Virus record (IMG/VR): IMGVR_UViG_3300025782_000004
Origin: an uncultured virus (IMG/VR IMGVR_UViG_3300025782_000004)
Lineage: Duplodnaviria > Heunggongvirae > Uroviricota > Caudoviricetes
Reading direction: 5' to 3' (one strand)
Length of the DNA: 64,000 bases
Below the pieces are notes generated by a model. It had not been told where the DNA came from and did no database searches. It was given only the letters and a program-made list of their open reading frames with translations. Of this stretch, positions 10,197-22,600 are shown piece by piece (position 1 is the first letter of the stretch; every line of letters begins with the position of its first letter). Both the position numbers and the translations under genes were made by a program.

Positions 10197-10571
10197 ATGA
10201 CAGTATATCGCGGATTTAGTACCCTAGTTAATAAGAAAAAATTTAGCCTAACGGATTACGCCCTGGCTAAACAAGATCTTATGAACTATTTTCAAATTCG
10301 CAAGGGCAGTAAACTAATGCAACCTTCCTTTGGTACAGTAATTTGGGAACAGTTGTTTGAGCCCCTGAATGAAACTACTCGTGATATCATTACCGGCGAC
10401 ATTAAAAAAATTGTTGCATATGATCCTCGTTTACGAGTCAATCAAATCAATGTTACAGAACAAACTAACGGCATTCAAATACAGCTGAGTTTAACTTATA
10501 TCCCGTCAAATCAAGCAGAAACGATACTGTTAAACTTCGACAAAGCATCAACTACACTAACCACAAATTAA
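10197..10571 (+). CDS. Baseplate wedge protein, gp25-like
   Basis: KGSKLMQPSFG...LFEPL...YDPRL motif; 124 aa. Confidence 0.9.
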   Translation: MTVYRGFSTLVNKKKFSLTDYALAKQDLMNYFQIRKGSKLMQPSFGTVIWEQLFEPLNETTRDIITGDIKKIVAYDPRLRVNQINVTEQTNGIQIQLSLTYIPSNQAETILLNFDKASTTLTTN

Positions 10572-10591
10572 CTGCGCATATTATTCCGACC

Positions 10592-10599
10592 GATAAATA
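10592..10599 (+). promoter_or_regulatory. Late promoter motif GATAAATA
   Basis: Intergenic, upstream of the gp6-like gene. Confidence 0.65.
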
Positions 10600-10621
10600 T
10601 ACAATATAGGTTAGAAATAAT

Positions 10622-13600
10622 ATGGCACAAACAACCCGTCAATCAAATCTTTTAGTAAATCAGGACTGGACTAAGGTCTATCAATCGTTTACTAATGCGG
10701 ACTTCACCAGTTACGATTTTGAAACACTTCGTAACTCAATGATTAACTATCTCCAAACGTACTATCCAGAGTCGTTTAACGATTTCTTAGAATCCAGTGA
10801 ATATCTAGCTCTAATAGATATGGTTGCATTCCTGGGGCAGAGTTTAAGTTTCCGTACAGATTTAAATGCACGTGAAAATTTCATTGATACAGCTCAACGT
10901 CGTGACAGTATCCTAAAACTAGCCCGCATGCTGAGTTATAATCCCACAAGAACAATCAGTGCCAGTGGATTATTAAAATTTGATGCTATCAGCACATCGC
11001 AGGCAATTACTGACAGCAACGGAATTAATCTAGCCAATACCACAGTATATTGGAACGACATCACTAACGATAATTGGTTAGAACAGTTTACTGCGATACT
11101 TAATGCCGCACTGATCACAAATCAAGCAGTTGGCAAACCAGGAAACAGTCAAGTAATCAACGGAATTCAAACTGACGAATATACTGTAAATTTAAATCCC
11201 AATAGTTTGCCTGTAGCACCGTTCTCAGTTAACATCCAAACTACACCAACACGTTTTGAAGCAGTCAGCGCAACTACGCTGGGTCAAACATATATCTATG
11301 AACGTGACCCAACCATGACTGGGTTTAACATTCTTTATCAAAATGACAACAATGGTAATGGCAGTAACAACACTGGTTTCTTCCTGTATTTTAAACAGGG
11401 ATCACTACAGAGCACAAACTTTACTATTCAAAATGCTATACCAAATAATTATGTGCCCGTTACTACAAATAACATTAACAACACTGATGGATGGCTATAC
11501 AGTTTAAATGTAAACAATAGTGTGCAGACCTTATGGACACAGGTTCCAGCACTACCCGGTATCAACGTGATTTACAATCAATTGACTAACAAAAATCTAT
11601 ATCAGGTTAATACATTAAACAATGACCAAGTTAATCTAGTATTTGGTGATGGTTCATTTGCAAACATTCCACAGGGTGCATTTAGATATTATTTCCGTAC
11701 CAGCAACGGCCTCGCTTATACAATTACTCCCGATGATCTAGCTCGAGTAAACATTGCTATTCCTTATGTTGATCTACACGGAGTAACTCAAACTTTAACT
11801 ATCACAGCCAGCTTAAAGTATACTGTAACCAATGCGTCGGCCACACAAAGTTTAGCTAGCATTAAGACCTACGCACCACAAAATTACTACACACAAAATC
11901 GTATGATAACATCGGAAGATTATCAAATCTTCCCACTGACAAACTTTACTAGTATTCAAAAGATCAAAGCCGTAAACCGTTTAAGTTCAGGTGTGAGTCT
12001 GTATCTTGATACTCTGGATCCAACTGGCAGTTTTAGTTCAACTAATATTTTTGGCGATGACGGCATACTGTCAGCAAACTCAACAGTTGGTAGTACAACT
12101 TTTAGTTTTTTAACTACTAGCGATGTTTACAAAGCAATTTATAATGATATTATTCCAATCATTTCAAGTAACGGAATCAGTAACTATTACTACGCTAACT
12201 ATCCTAGACTAACACCAACACACAGCAACGTAACTTGGGTACAGACTGGAAATACAACCTCTAGTAGCTATGGTAATTTAACTTATAATGGCAACGTAAT
12301 CAATGTTGGCCCTGTGGCCAGCGGCAATTTGAAATATGTTACAGCAGGAGCAAGTGTACAGTTTTTAACTAATGCCTTTGCTAATGCTACAACATTCTAC
12401 AGTTCTGTTACTAATACTGTGGGAAATAGTCAAACCTACTTTGGTATGGTTGTTCCCACCGGATCCGTAGTAAAAACAATTATTCCTAAACTCAGCAATG
12501 CCTTAACCAGTAATGTGATCAGTACTATTGCTACTCAGATTCAATCAAATGTTAATTTTGGACTGACTTACGATCAAACTAATCAGATATGGGTAAACAT
12601 TCCTCCAAGCCAAATTGGTTCAAGTACTAATTGGCTATTAAAATTTACGTATACTGCTGGACTGTATAACATTCAATATCAAAATTTACGATATATATTT
12701 GGTAGTGCGGGCCAAACACAGTTTTACTTTGATCCGACAGTCAAAGTCTACGACAGCGTGATTGGCAGTAGCATCAGTGATATTATTAAAATTCTAAACA
12801 TTAACACAAAACCAGGAAACGTTACTCCTCTGGGCACTGACATAACTTGGAATATTACCGACGTTATAACAGAAACTGACGGTTACGTAGACCCTACCAG
12901 TGTTATAGTTGCTTTCCCTCAAACACAGTTAACTGGTGTACCGGATAATCCAGATTTATATACTACAGTGGCTAATGTTGCAACCAGCCGAAATAATTTA
13001 TATTTCCAATACAAACACAATAGTCCTGGCAACAATCGAATCGATCCTACCAGTGTTAATTTAATTGACATGTATATCTTAACAGCCGACTATGCAACAT
13101 CATACATAAATTGGCTACAAGATTTGACCGGCACAGTCAAAGAACCAACTCCACCTACTTCAAGTAGTTTAGAAATTGCCTACAGCACATTAGATAATTT
13201 TAAAACTGTCAGCGATTCATTAATTTTTAATCCTGCACAATTTAAACCATTATTTGGCGCCAAAGCAGATTCAAGCCTACAAGCAAGATTTAAAGTAGTT
13301 ATTAATCCTGCTGTGAGCATTACTGCTAATGAAGTTAAGAGTCAGGTAATTGCTGCGATCAATGACTATTTCAATGTCAACAATTGGGACTTTGGTGAAA
13401 CATTTTATTTCTCTGAATTAGCCGCATACCTACATACAACGCTAGTTCCTAATATTGCCAGCGTATTAATTGTACCAACAAATGATAGTCTAGTATTTGG
13501 TAACTATTTCCAAATTAACGCTGAGCCATGGGAAATTATTACTTCAGCAGCAACAGTAGCCGATGTGGATATTATTAGTGCTGTGACTGCAGCAGAACTT

Positions 13601-13633
13601 AATCTTGGAAATACTTTAGTAGGTACATATTAA
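10622..13633 (+). CDS. Baseplate wedge protein, gp6-like
   Basis: DFETLRNSMINYL, ENFIDTAQRRDSILKLARMLSY, FGDG and QNRMITSEDY motifs. Confidence 0.9.
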   Translation: MAQTTRQSNLLVNQDWTKVYQSFTNADFTSYDFETLRNSMINYLQTYYPESFNDFLESSEYLALIDMVAFLGQSLSFRTDLNARENFIDTAQRRDSILKLARMLSYNPTRTISASGLLKFDAISTSQAITDSNGINLANTTVYWNDITNDNWLEQFTAILNAALITNQAVGKPGNSQVINGIQTDEYTVNLNPNSLPVAPFSVNIQTTPTRFEAVSATTLGQTYIYERDPTMTGFNILYQNDNNGNGSNNTGFFLYFKQGSLQSTNFTIQNAIPNNYVPVTTNNINNTDGWLYSLNVNNSVQTLWTQVPALPGINVIYNQLTNKNLYQVNTLNNDQVNLVFGDGSFANIPQGAFRYYFRTSNGLAYTITPDDLARVNIAIPYVDLHGVTQTLTITASLKYTVTNASATQSLASIKTYAPQNYYTQNRMITSEDYQIFPLTNFTSIQKIKAVNRLSSGVSLYLDTLDPTGSFSSTNIFGDDGILSANSTVGSTTFSFLTTSDVYKAIYNDIIPIISSNGISNYYYANYPRLTPTHSNVTWVQTGNTTSSSYGNLTYNGNVINVGPVASGNLKYVTAGASVQFLTNAFANATTFYSSVTNTVGNSQTYFGMVVPTGSVVKTIIPKLSNALTSNVISTIATQIQSNVNFGLTYDQTNQIWVNIPPSQIGSSTNWLLKFTYTAGLYNIQYQNLRYIFGSAGQTQFYFDPTVKVYDSVIGSSISDIIKILNINTKPGNVTPLGTDITWNITDVITETDGYVDPTSVIVAFPQTQLTGVPDNPDLYTTVANVATSRNNLYFQYKHNSPGNNRIDPTSVNLIDMYILTADYATSYINWLQDLTGTVKEPTPPTSSSLEIAYSTLDNFKTVSDSLIFNPAQFKPLFGAKADSSLQARFKVVINPAVSITANEVKSQVIAAINDYFNVNNWDFGETFYFSELAAYLHTTLVPNIASVLIVPTNDSLVFGNYFQINAEPWEIITSAATVADVDIISAVTAAELNLGNTLVGTY

Positions 13634-16600
13634 TGCCTTTAATTAATACAATCAATTTTTTACCTAGTCCTTTTAGAACAACCACCAATCAACGATTCCT
13701 CGGTGCGACTCTTGATCAACTGACCATTGATGCATTTAATATTCCAGTCAATGGATATATTGGTCGTACCTTTGCACCAACATATAAATTGGGTGACAAC
13801 TACGTCGCTGAAACAACTAGCTTACGTCAAAATTATCAACTTGAGCCAAGCGTTGTGGTAAAAGATGCAAATCAAAATGTGGTATTAAACAGCACCTTCC
13901 AAGATTTCCTGCAAAATATTTCAGTCGCTGGCGGATTTGCAAACAACCAACAAAGATTGTTTACATCAGAATACTATAATTTTGATGGGCATTTTGACTA
14001 CGATAAATTTGTAAACTATAATAATTATTATTGGATCCCAGGCGGTCCAGATGCAGTTTCTGTTTCTGCTGGTTCAACTCCTTATCTAGCAACCTACACA
14101 GTTACTAGAAATACATCAGTCAACGGATACACATTTAGCGGACTTGGTCCAAACCCTGATATCCAAATTACTTTGGCACGTGGGGGTACTTACACATTTA
14201 ATGTCAATCAACCTGGATTCAATTTCTGGATACAGACTAAACCTGGCACCAGTGGTGTTGACCCTAATATTAGTACAGTTAGTACACGTCAAATATTTGG
14301 TGTACAAAATAATGGAACCGATAATGGTCAAATTATTTTTAATGTACCAAAAGCATCTGCACAAGACTTTTATACAGAGATGCCAATTGCCGCTACAGTT
14401 AATGCCGCAGTGACCTTTAATTACACCGACATACAAAATCAACTGTTAAGTACGTTTTTGAAAAACTTTCCAGATGGCCTAGATGGTGTTACTAATCAAT
14501 TACAAAACAAAACATTTATTTTCATCAATAATCAAACAGATCCAGCGTACTGGACGACTCCGGCTATACCTGATGCATTTACTGGCGTTAATACCAGCCC
14601 TATTGCTGCTGGATCAGTTATTACTGGTGTTGCTCTTACTAACACATGGAAAATCAATCTGGTACCTAGCGGTAACGATTACCTAATTCAAGTTCAGCCT
14701 GACAGTACAGTTGCAGTACAACAACGAGTGTTTGTCGATTCAGGAAAAACTTATGCATCTACTCAATTTTGGTTAAACACAAACTATCAATATTTGGCTG
14801 TGCCTGTTGTTACTGCTGCGGCTGATTACTTGTATTATCAGGACAGCGCAAATCCAGATTTTGTTGGACAAATTAAAATAGTTGACAATACTACTGTTCC
14901 TATTAACATCACTTCGGATATCATTGGGCAAAAATACTACACCAGTCCGAACGGAGTAGTTTTTACTAACGGATTAAAAATTCAACTTGACAGTTTAGTA
15001 GTGCCTGCCAGCTATGCTAATAACCAATACTATGTAGAAGGTGTTGGTACAAGCATCCAATTGGTTCCTGTAGCACAACTAGTAGTACCAGAATCATTTG
15101 GCACAGAGATTTTAACTACAGCCGATTATATTACTATTAATCGTGCCAGCCAAGATCGAAATGCATGGAGCCGAACAAATAGTTGGTTCCACGTGGATGT
15201 ATTAAATGCTGTATCAAAATACAATCAAACTCCTGTTAACTATGGTCCTAATATTCCTGGTCGCCGTGCTATCATAGAATTTGAACCTAACCTACAGTTA
15301 TTTAATTTTGGTCGTCAAGCCAAGGCAAACGTTGATTTAATTACGTTTGATTCAACTGATGCTTTTGTGAACATTGAGGGTCAAGAAAGTTATACTTTAG
15401 ACGGTACACCACTAGTAAAAGGCATGCGTGTTATTTTTGCTAACGACTACGATACTACTGTCAGTAATGAAATATGGCAAGTTGATTTTGAAGTGGTTGA
15501 TAGTGTGACAGGTAATCCTTATCTAAGATTAATACCTACCAGTGATGATCCAGTAGTAACTGGCGAAAACGTACTAGTAACACAAGGTGCCAACAGTGGA
15601 AAAACTTATTGGTTCGATGGAACCAATTGGCACGAATGTCAAGAAAAAACAGCTCTTAATCAAGAACCCTTGTTTGATTTAATAGATACTAATGGATATA
15701 GTTTTAGTGACTCTACTGTATATCCATCAAGCACGTTTACTGGAACTAAAATCTTTGGCTATGCTCATGGCACAGGAACTAATGATTCTGTATTGGGCTT
15801 TCCTTTAACATATCAAAATTTTAACAACGTTGGTGATATAGTTTTTAATAATTTTTACGATACAGGCACATTTACCTATAACAACAGCGGTACAGTAGAA
15901 ACTGTAGCATGTGATTCGGGCTATATCCAAAAAAATATAGATCTAACCGCAACCACTAAGTTAACTAATTGGACCACAGGAGTTCAACCTACTGAGCAAT
16001 ATCAAGTTATTACTAAATTCTTTGATGGATATGTTGCTGAAATTAATGGTGTTAACTATGCGTTTGTGCAAATTGATGTTCTGCCAGAATCATCAACTAA
16101 TATCCCTTATGTTAAAGTTTTCTTAAACAACACACTATTAAATCCTAACACCGACTATCAAATAGTTAACTATGGAATTTATTATGTTGTTACACTAAAC
16201 ACCATGCCTGCTTCAGGTGACAAGATTGATGTCGCAATTTTTAGTTCAGCCACAAGTACATTTGGTTACTACGAAGTTCCAGAGAATCTTGACTTTAATC
16301 CATTAAACGAAACATTTACAACTATTACACTTGGGCAATTACGCACACACTATAATAAATTAATTGAAAATACATCGATTAGTGCAACAGAATCTATACC
16401 CCATCAAGATCAATATTTAAAAGCACAAGGCGGCACAATACTACAACAAAGTAGTCCCTTAGTGTATGGCATGACATTCTTGTCGGACCCTGTAGTTAAT
16501 TATATCAAAGGTATAACTCTTGCACGTAAAGAATATCAAAGATTTAAAAATAAATTTTTGAGCCTGTGTGCTACTCTACAGGGATTGGATTACAATGATC

Positions 16601-19600
16601 CGGCTGCTGGCGTAGACGCAATTTTATCCAACATTAATGCTGTTAAGAACAACACGTTCCCTTGGTACTACAGTGATATGGTTCCACAAGGTAACAATTA
16701 TACTACCACAACATACACAGTATTAAATGCACGCCAAACTGCTTATGAAATCAACAGTATTTTTGATGTTACTAAATTAAGTAATCGAGCAGTATTGGTC
16801 TATTTAAATGGCAAGCAACTAGTAGCCAATCATATTGATTTCTACTATGACTCGGTTAGCCCGTCGGTAGTAATACTAGTGCCACTTAAAGTGGGAGACG
16901 TAATAACCATTAGAGATTATTCAAATACTGATGGAAATTATGTACCAGAAACTCCAACTAAGCTGGGACTATATCAAGAGTTTATTCCTTCTATCTACAC
17001 TGACGATACTTATGTAACAACGACTCAAGTAATACTTGGCCATGATGGCAGTATTACTCCTGCATTTGGTGATTTCCGTGATCAGTATCTATTAGAACTT
17101 GAAAAACGTATCTACAATACTCTTAAAACAGATTACAACACCTTAAATGTTTTAAATTTATATGATACTGTTCCTGGTAGATTCCGCACAACTGACTACA
17201 GCTTGTCGGAGTGGAATCAATTAATAACCAAGAATTTCCTACAGTGGGTTGGTAGTAACAGCGTTGACTATACCACTAACAGCACTTATAATCAAGGAAA
17301 TCCGTGGACATGGAACTACAGTCAATTCCCTGACTCAGTTGATGGAAGTTATTTACAAGGTTCTTGGCGTGCGGTTTACAAATACTGGTTTGACACAGAT
17401 CAACCACATTTATCTCCTTGGGAAATGCTGGGCTTTAGTCAACAACCAACCTGGTGGTCAACTCGATATGGTCCTGCACCTTATACAAACGGTAACACAA
17501 CATTATGGGAAGACCTTGAAACAGGATACATCTGGAACGGTAGTAACACAACCGCTTACAATGACACACGTTTTGCACGGCCTGGACTCAGTGGCACCCT
17601 AACTGGTACTCGAGGATTTATTCCAGTAGACTCTGCTGGCAACTTATTAGATCCTACTCGAATTGGCATTATTGGAATATTAAATAGCAGTTCTGCAGGC
17701 AATAGTTGGCAAGTAGGAGAACAAGGTCCTGTAGAAACAGCCTGGCGCAGAAGTAGCGATTATCCTTATGCTATACAACAAGCATTAGCACTGGCACGTC
17801 CGGCAGAATACTTTAGCACACAAATTGATCTCAGCAGATTTTACAAAAATTCAGTGACCGGACAATTTTCTAATTCAGTTAATCAAAAAATTACTCCAAG
17901 TCTATTGACAGTTAACGGAGATACCGTTACTAAACCTGGTACAGTATTGCGAACAGCGGGCTATCTCAACTGGATCAGTGATTATGTTAAAAATCTTGGA
18001 ATAGATCCTGTTGCTAAAATAGAAAGTTATTTTAGTAATTTTAATGTACAGCTTGCGTATCGTGTTGCCGGATTCACTGATCAAAATTTAATTACAGTTT
18101 CAGCAGAACAAACTAGTCCTGGCAGTACCAATGCGTCAATTATCATACCTAACGAAAATTTTAATATCTATGTTGGCGATCCAATGCCTTCCTCTGTTGT
18201 TACCTATAGCGGAGTGGTTGTAACACGAACTGCTACAGGGTACAGCGTTGCAGGATACGATACTACCTATCCGTTCTTTACTATTTTACCAAGTATTGTT
18301 AATAGTAAATCGTCAACAGTTAAATCAAACAACTTGACTGCTACCATATATCAAGATGGCGCTACTACGACAATGGCAATTCCATATGGAACTACATTTT
18401 CAACAGTACAACAAGTAGCAGATTTCTTAGTTAGTTATCAACGCTACTTAACAAAACAAGGTTTTGTATTTGATCAATTTGATTCAGATTTATCAATGAC
18501 TCGTGACTGGACTTTAAGTGTACAAGAGTTTTTATACTGGGTTCAACAAAATTGGTCAGTGGGTACAGTAATTGTTTTAAATCCTGTGTTTGATACACTG
18601 AAATTCCAAGCCAATGGATCAGTGGTTGGTGAAATTACAAATCTGCCAAACGACAGTCGATTGCTAGACACAAACTTTGCACCAATTAAGAGTAACAATT
18701 TTGATATACTTAGACAGGATACACCTTTTGGCAATGCATTTCAAATTAATACACTCAATGGCCTAACAGGCATTGGCTTTGCACAGTTAAATTTAATTCA
18801 GTTTGAAACAACACTAATATTTGACAACGTTGATAATTTTGGCGATATCATTTATGTACCAAGTCAAGGCACTCGACAATATCGATTAAAATTATCTGGT
18901 GCTAAAACAGGCCTATGGGACGGTTCGATAAGTGCAACCGGCTACATTTACAGTAACCCACAGATCAAAAACTGGCAACCAGGCACAGATTATCGTCAAG
19001 GTGATATAGTCCTGTATAATAACAACTACTATACTGCACCAAACGACATTGTGGCTAGCCAACAATTTTCATTGACATCTTGGACACAGATCAGCGCATC
19101 GGATATTCAAACAGGTCTCCTACCTAGTTTTGGACACAATGCACAGGTATTTCAAAATATCTACGACGTAGATAATCCTCCGCAGGATAAAAACTTCCAA
19201 ACATTCAGCGCAGGCCTAATAGGTTTCCGCGATCGACCATTCTTGGGCAATTTGGGATTGAGTATTCCAACACAAACAAAATTCTATCAAGGATATATCA
19301 AACAAAAAGGCACACAGAATGCAATAACTTCTTTGACTAAAGCCACATTTGATAATTTAAAGAGTACTATCAGTACCTATGAAGAATGGGCGTTCCAAGT
19401 CGGTCAATACGGAGATATTACTAGCAATCAGTACACAGAATTTGTATTAGACCAAAGTGTGTTCTTAACTAATCCTGTGGCATTCACCGCTTATAATTCT
19501 TACAATGCTGGAAATATTATTGTTAACCTTGCGGTAACTGGTAACACTACAACATCTAACGTCTATAATGCAAGTAATATCTACAGCACTACTACAAGTT

Positions 19601-22600
19601 TATACAACAATCGAAACAATGTAACTTATCCTGCAGACTTGCCTACCTGTGGATATGTAAATTTAGCCGATGTTACTTATCAAATTTTTGATATAACAAC
19701 TGTAACTACACTTCCAACATTATCAGCTGGTAATACAATTTGGGTAGCTAAAGATGCTAATGCAAACTGGAACGTGTTTAGAGTCAATAGCACTGGTCTT
19801 ACAGCAACTACATTAAATTATACACTTGATAATTTTGCACAAGTGGTCTTTAATACCACACACAGTTTTAATATTGGCGATTATATCGTACTGCAAAACT
19901 TCAACACCGCGTATGATGGGCTGTACCAAGTAGCTGGTATTCCAACTTCAACTAGCGTGACTGTTACCCTACAAAATCCATCTACTCTGATTGGAGTTGG
20001 TGGGGCTATTACAGGGGTTGGTACCGTATTTGTATTCCAATCAGTGGTGCTTGCAACTTCTAACACCATTGGAAATAATCCTCCATATGGTGGTTGGGTC
20101 AGCGGAGACATAGTATGGGTTACCAATGACTTAGAGCCTAGTGCAACTGGATGGGCAACCTATACATATAATGGGTCTTCTTGGTCACGCACTCGACAAC
20201 AACAACCGAGTGTTGATATCACCAGCATTAATAGAACATTTATCTATAATAAACTGAATAACGTTATTTTAGCTGCACTTGATTTTGTTGATCCAGCCAA
20301 AGGCAAGGTATTAAATGCAGTTGGTCAAGACATTGATTATCAATTGACTACAGACCCTGCATACTATAGTGCTGGCACTGGAGAAACGCAAACAAACTTC
20401 TACTGGGGCCCACAACAGGTTGGCAAAATTTGGTGGAATGTTGATCAAGTGCGTTATATTAACTATGAACAAGATGCATTGATCTATAGATTAAACAACT
20501 GGGGTGCAACATTCCCGGGAAGTCAAATTTTAGTATGTGAATGGGTTGAAAGTCCTGTATTGCCTAGTCAGTATGTAGCTACCGTGGGCGACGGAGTTCC
20601 TCTGTACCCAGATGACACAGCATACTCTACCTATGGAAGTGTTGGCCCGTCGGGTAATGTCACAGTAACATATTATTTCTGGGTAGTAAATAAAACTTCT
20701 ATTAATACTTCTGCTGGTAAATCAAATAGTGCTTACAATATTGCTATTGCAATTAAAAATCCGCAGGCCCAAGGAATTCCTTATGCAACCGTATTGCGTG
20801 ATGATACCATAGCATTATATAACATTAATCAATACCTAGTTGGACAAAATAGTGTTCTGCATATTGATAGTAAAAATATTGCTTCAATGGGATTGATACA
20901 CAGTGAATATTCACTGGTACAAGAAGGCAATCCTATCAGCCAAATTCCTTCAGTAATTGAACGCAAACTAGTTGACAGCCTAGCAGGGCAAGATAGTGCG
21001 GGTAATCCAGTTCCAGATCCTGCATTAACACCAGCACAGGCCTATGGTATACAGATTCGTCCTCGTCAAAGTATGTTTATTGACCAGACTCTAGCAAGAA
21101 GCAACTATATTACCTATGTAAATGATGTCTTAATAGCTTATCCAGTAATTGAAAATAAGTTATTGACGACACTAAACAGCCAAGAAAATCCGCCGGGTCC
21201 TAACGCAGGCGCATATAGTTTAACTGTAGATACTTACAGCGAATTAAGTTACATCGACACTGGATTAATAACTACAGGGTACGCAGTTCTCGTCAACACT
21301 GACACCAATAACCATAATAAGTGGGCCATATACACTTGGAATACTCCTACCACTGGCAAATGGAATTTAAGTCGAGTACAGAGGTATAAAACAAACCATT
21401 ATTGGAATTATGCTGATTGGTATGAAACTGGATACGATTATACAGTGGCTCCAGATGTTACAGTCAGCAATCTATTAGATTATGGTAAATTAACTTTAGT
21501 TGCTGGACAATACATTAAAGTATTAAACAATGGTAACGATCAATTTGTTGTGTACTATGTCAACAGCGACTTAACCACAACATTAGTGGGTATACAGAAT
21601 GGTACTATACAGTTCTCAACTGGCACAATACCTGCACTTGAAATGCGAGAGTTAGCTCTAGCAATTCAAAATGATATCTTTATCAATGACCTAGCCAGCA
21701 ACTATAATCAATTGTTCTTTACAATGGTCAAGTATGCACTGACTGAACAAAAGAATTTAGATTGGGTATTTAAAACAAGTTTCCTAAGTGCAAAACAGTA
21801 TATTCGCGCACTGGCACAATTCCCAAGTTATATTGCTGATAATCAACAGTACTACTTAGATTACATTAATGAAATTAAACCATATCGTACAACTGTTCGA
21901 CAGTTCGTTGTAGATTATCAAGGCAACGATCAATATTCGGGCGATATGAGTGACTTTGATTTGCCACCATATTGGGATGCCAATTTATCTGTGTATCGTA
22001 GTCCAAGTGGCGAACAGTCATATGACACAGCATTATTAAGCACTACCGATAGTGTATACAGTTCTTGGTATAACAATTATAAATCTCAAGTAGTGGCGAT
22101 TGTTGTTGAAACCCCCGGTACTGGATATATATCTCCGCCTCAGATTAGTATTGTCGGTGGCGACGGAACTGTAGCTAATGCAGCAGTGGCTTACGCAACA
22201 CTCAATGGCTCTGGCGGTATTGGCGAGATCATTGTTACCGCCGCAGGAAACAACTACACAACTACACCAACAGTTGTAATAAATGGCACAGGTACTGGCG
22301 CTAGCGCATACGCGGTTTTACGAAACGTGTATGATGGAAATCAACAGGGTCATAACGTGGTTAGAACAATTAATACGACCATTAAGTTTGATCGTGTTAA
22401 CTATACTGCTCCTAATACTTTTGTATTCTGGAGTAATATTACCAGTGCAAATGTTGGACAAACAATTCCTGCCAATACTATTATTGTTAATAATGGTCTC
22501 CTGTATCTTGTAGGTAATACTGTTACTATTGATGCAAACGTTGACTTCCCATTTGCTAATGTGTCGACTATTAGTTCTAGTAGCTTTAACAATGCCAACG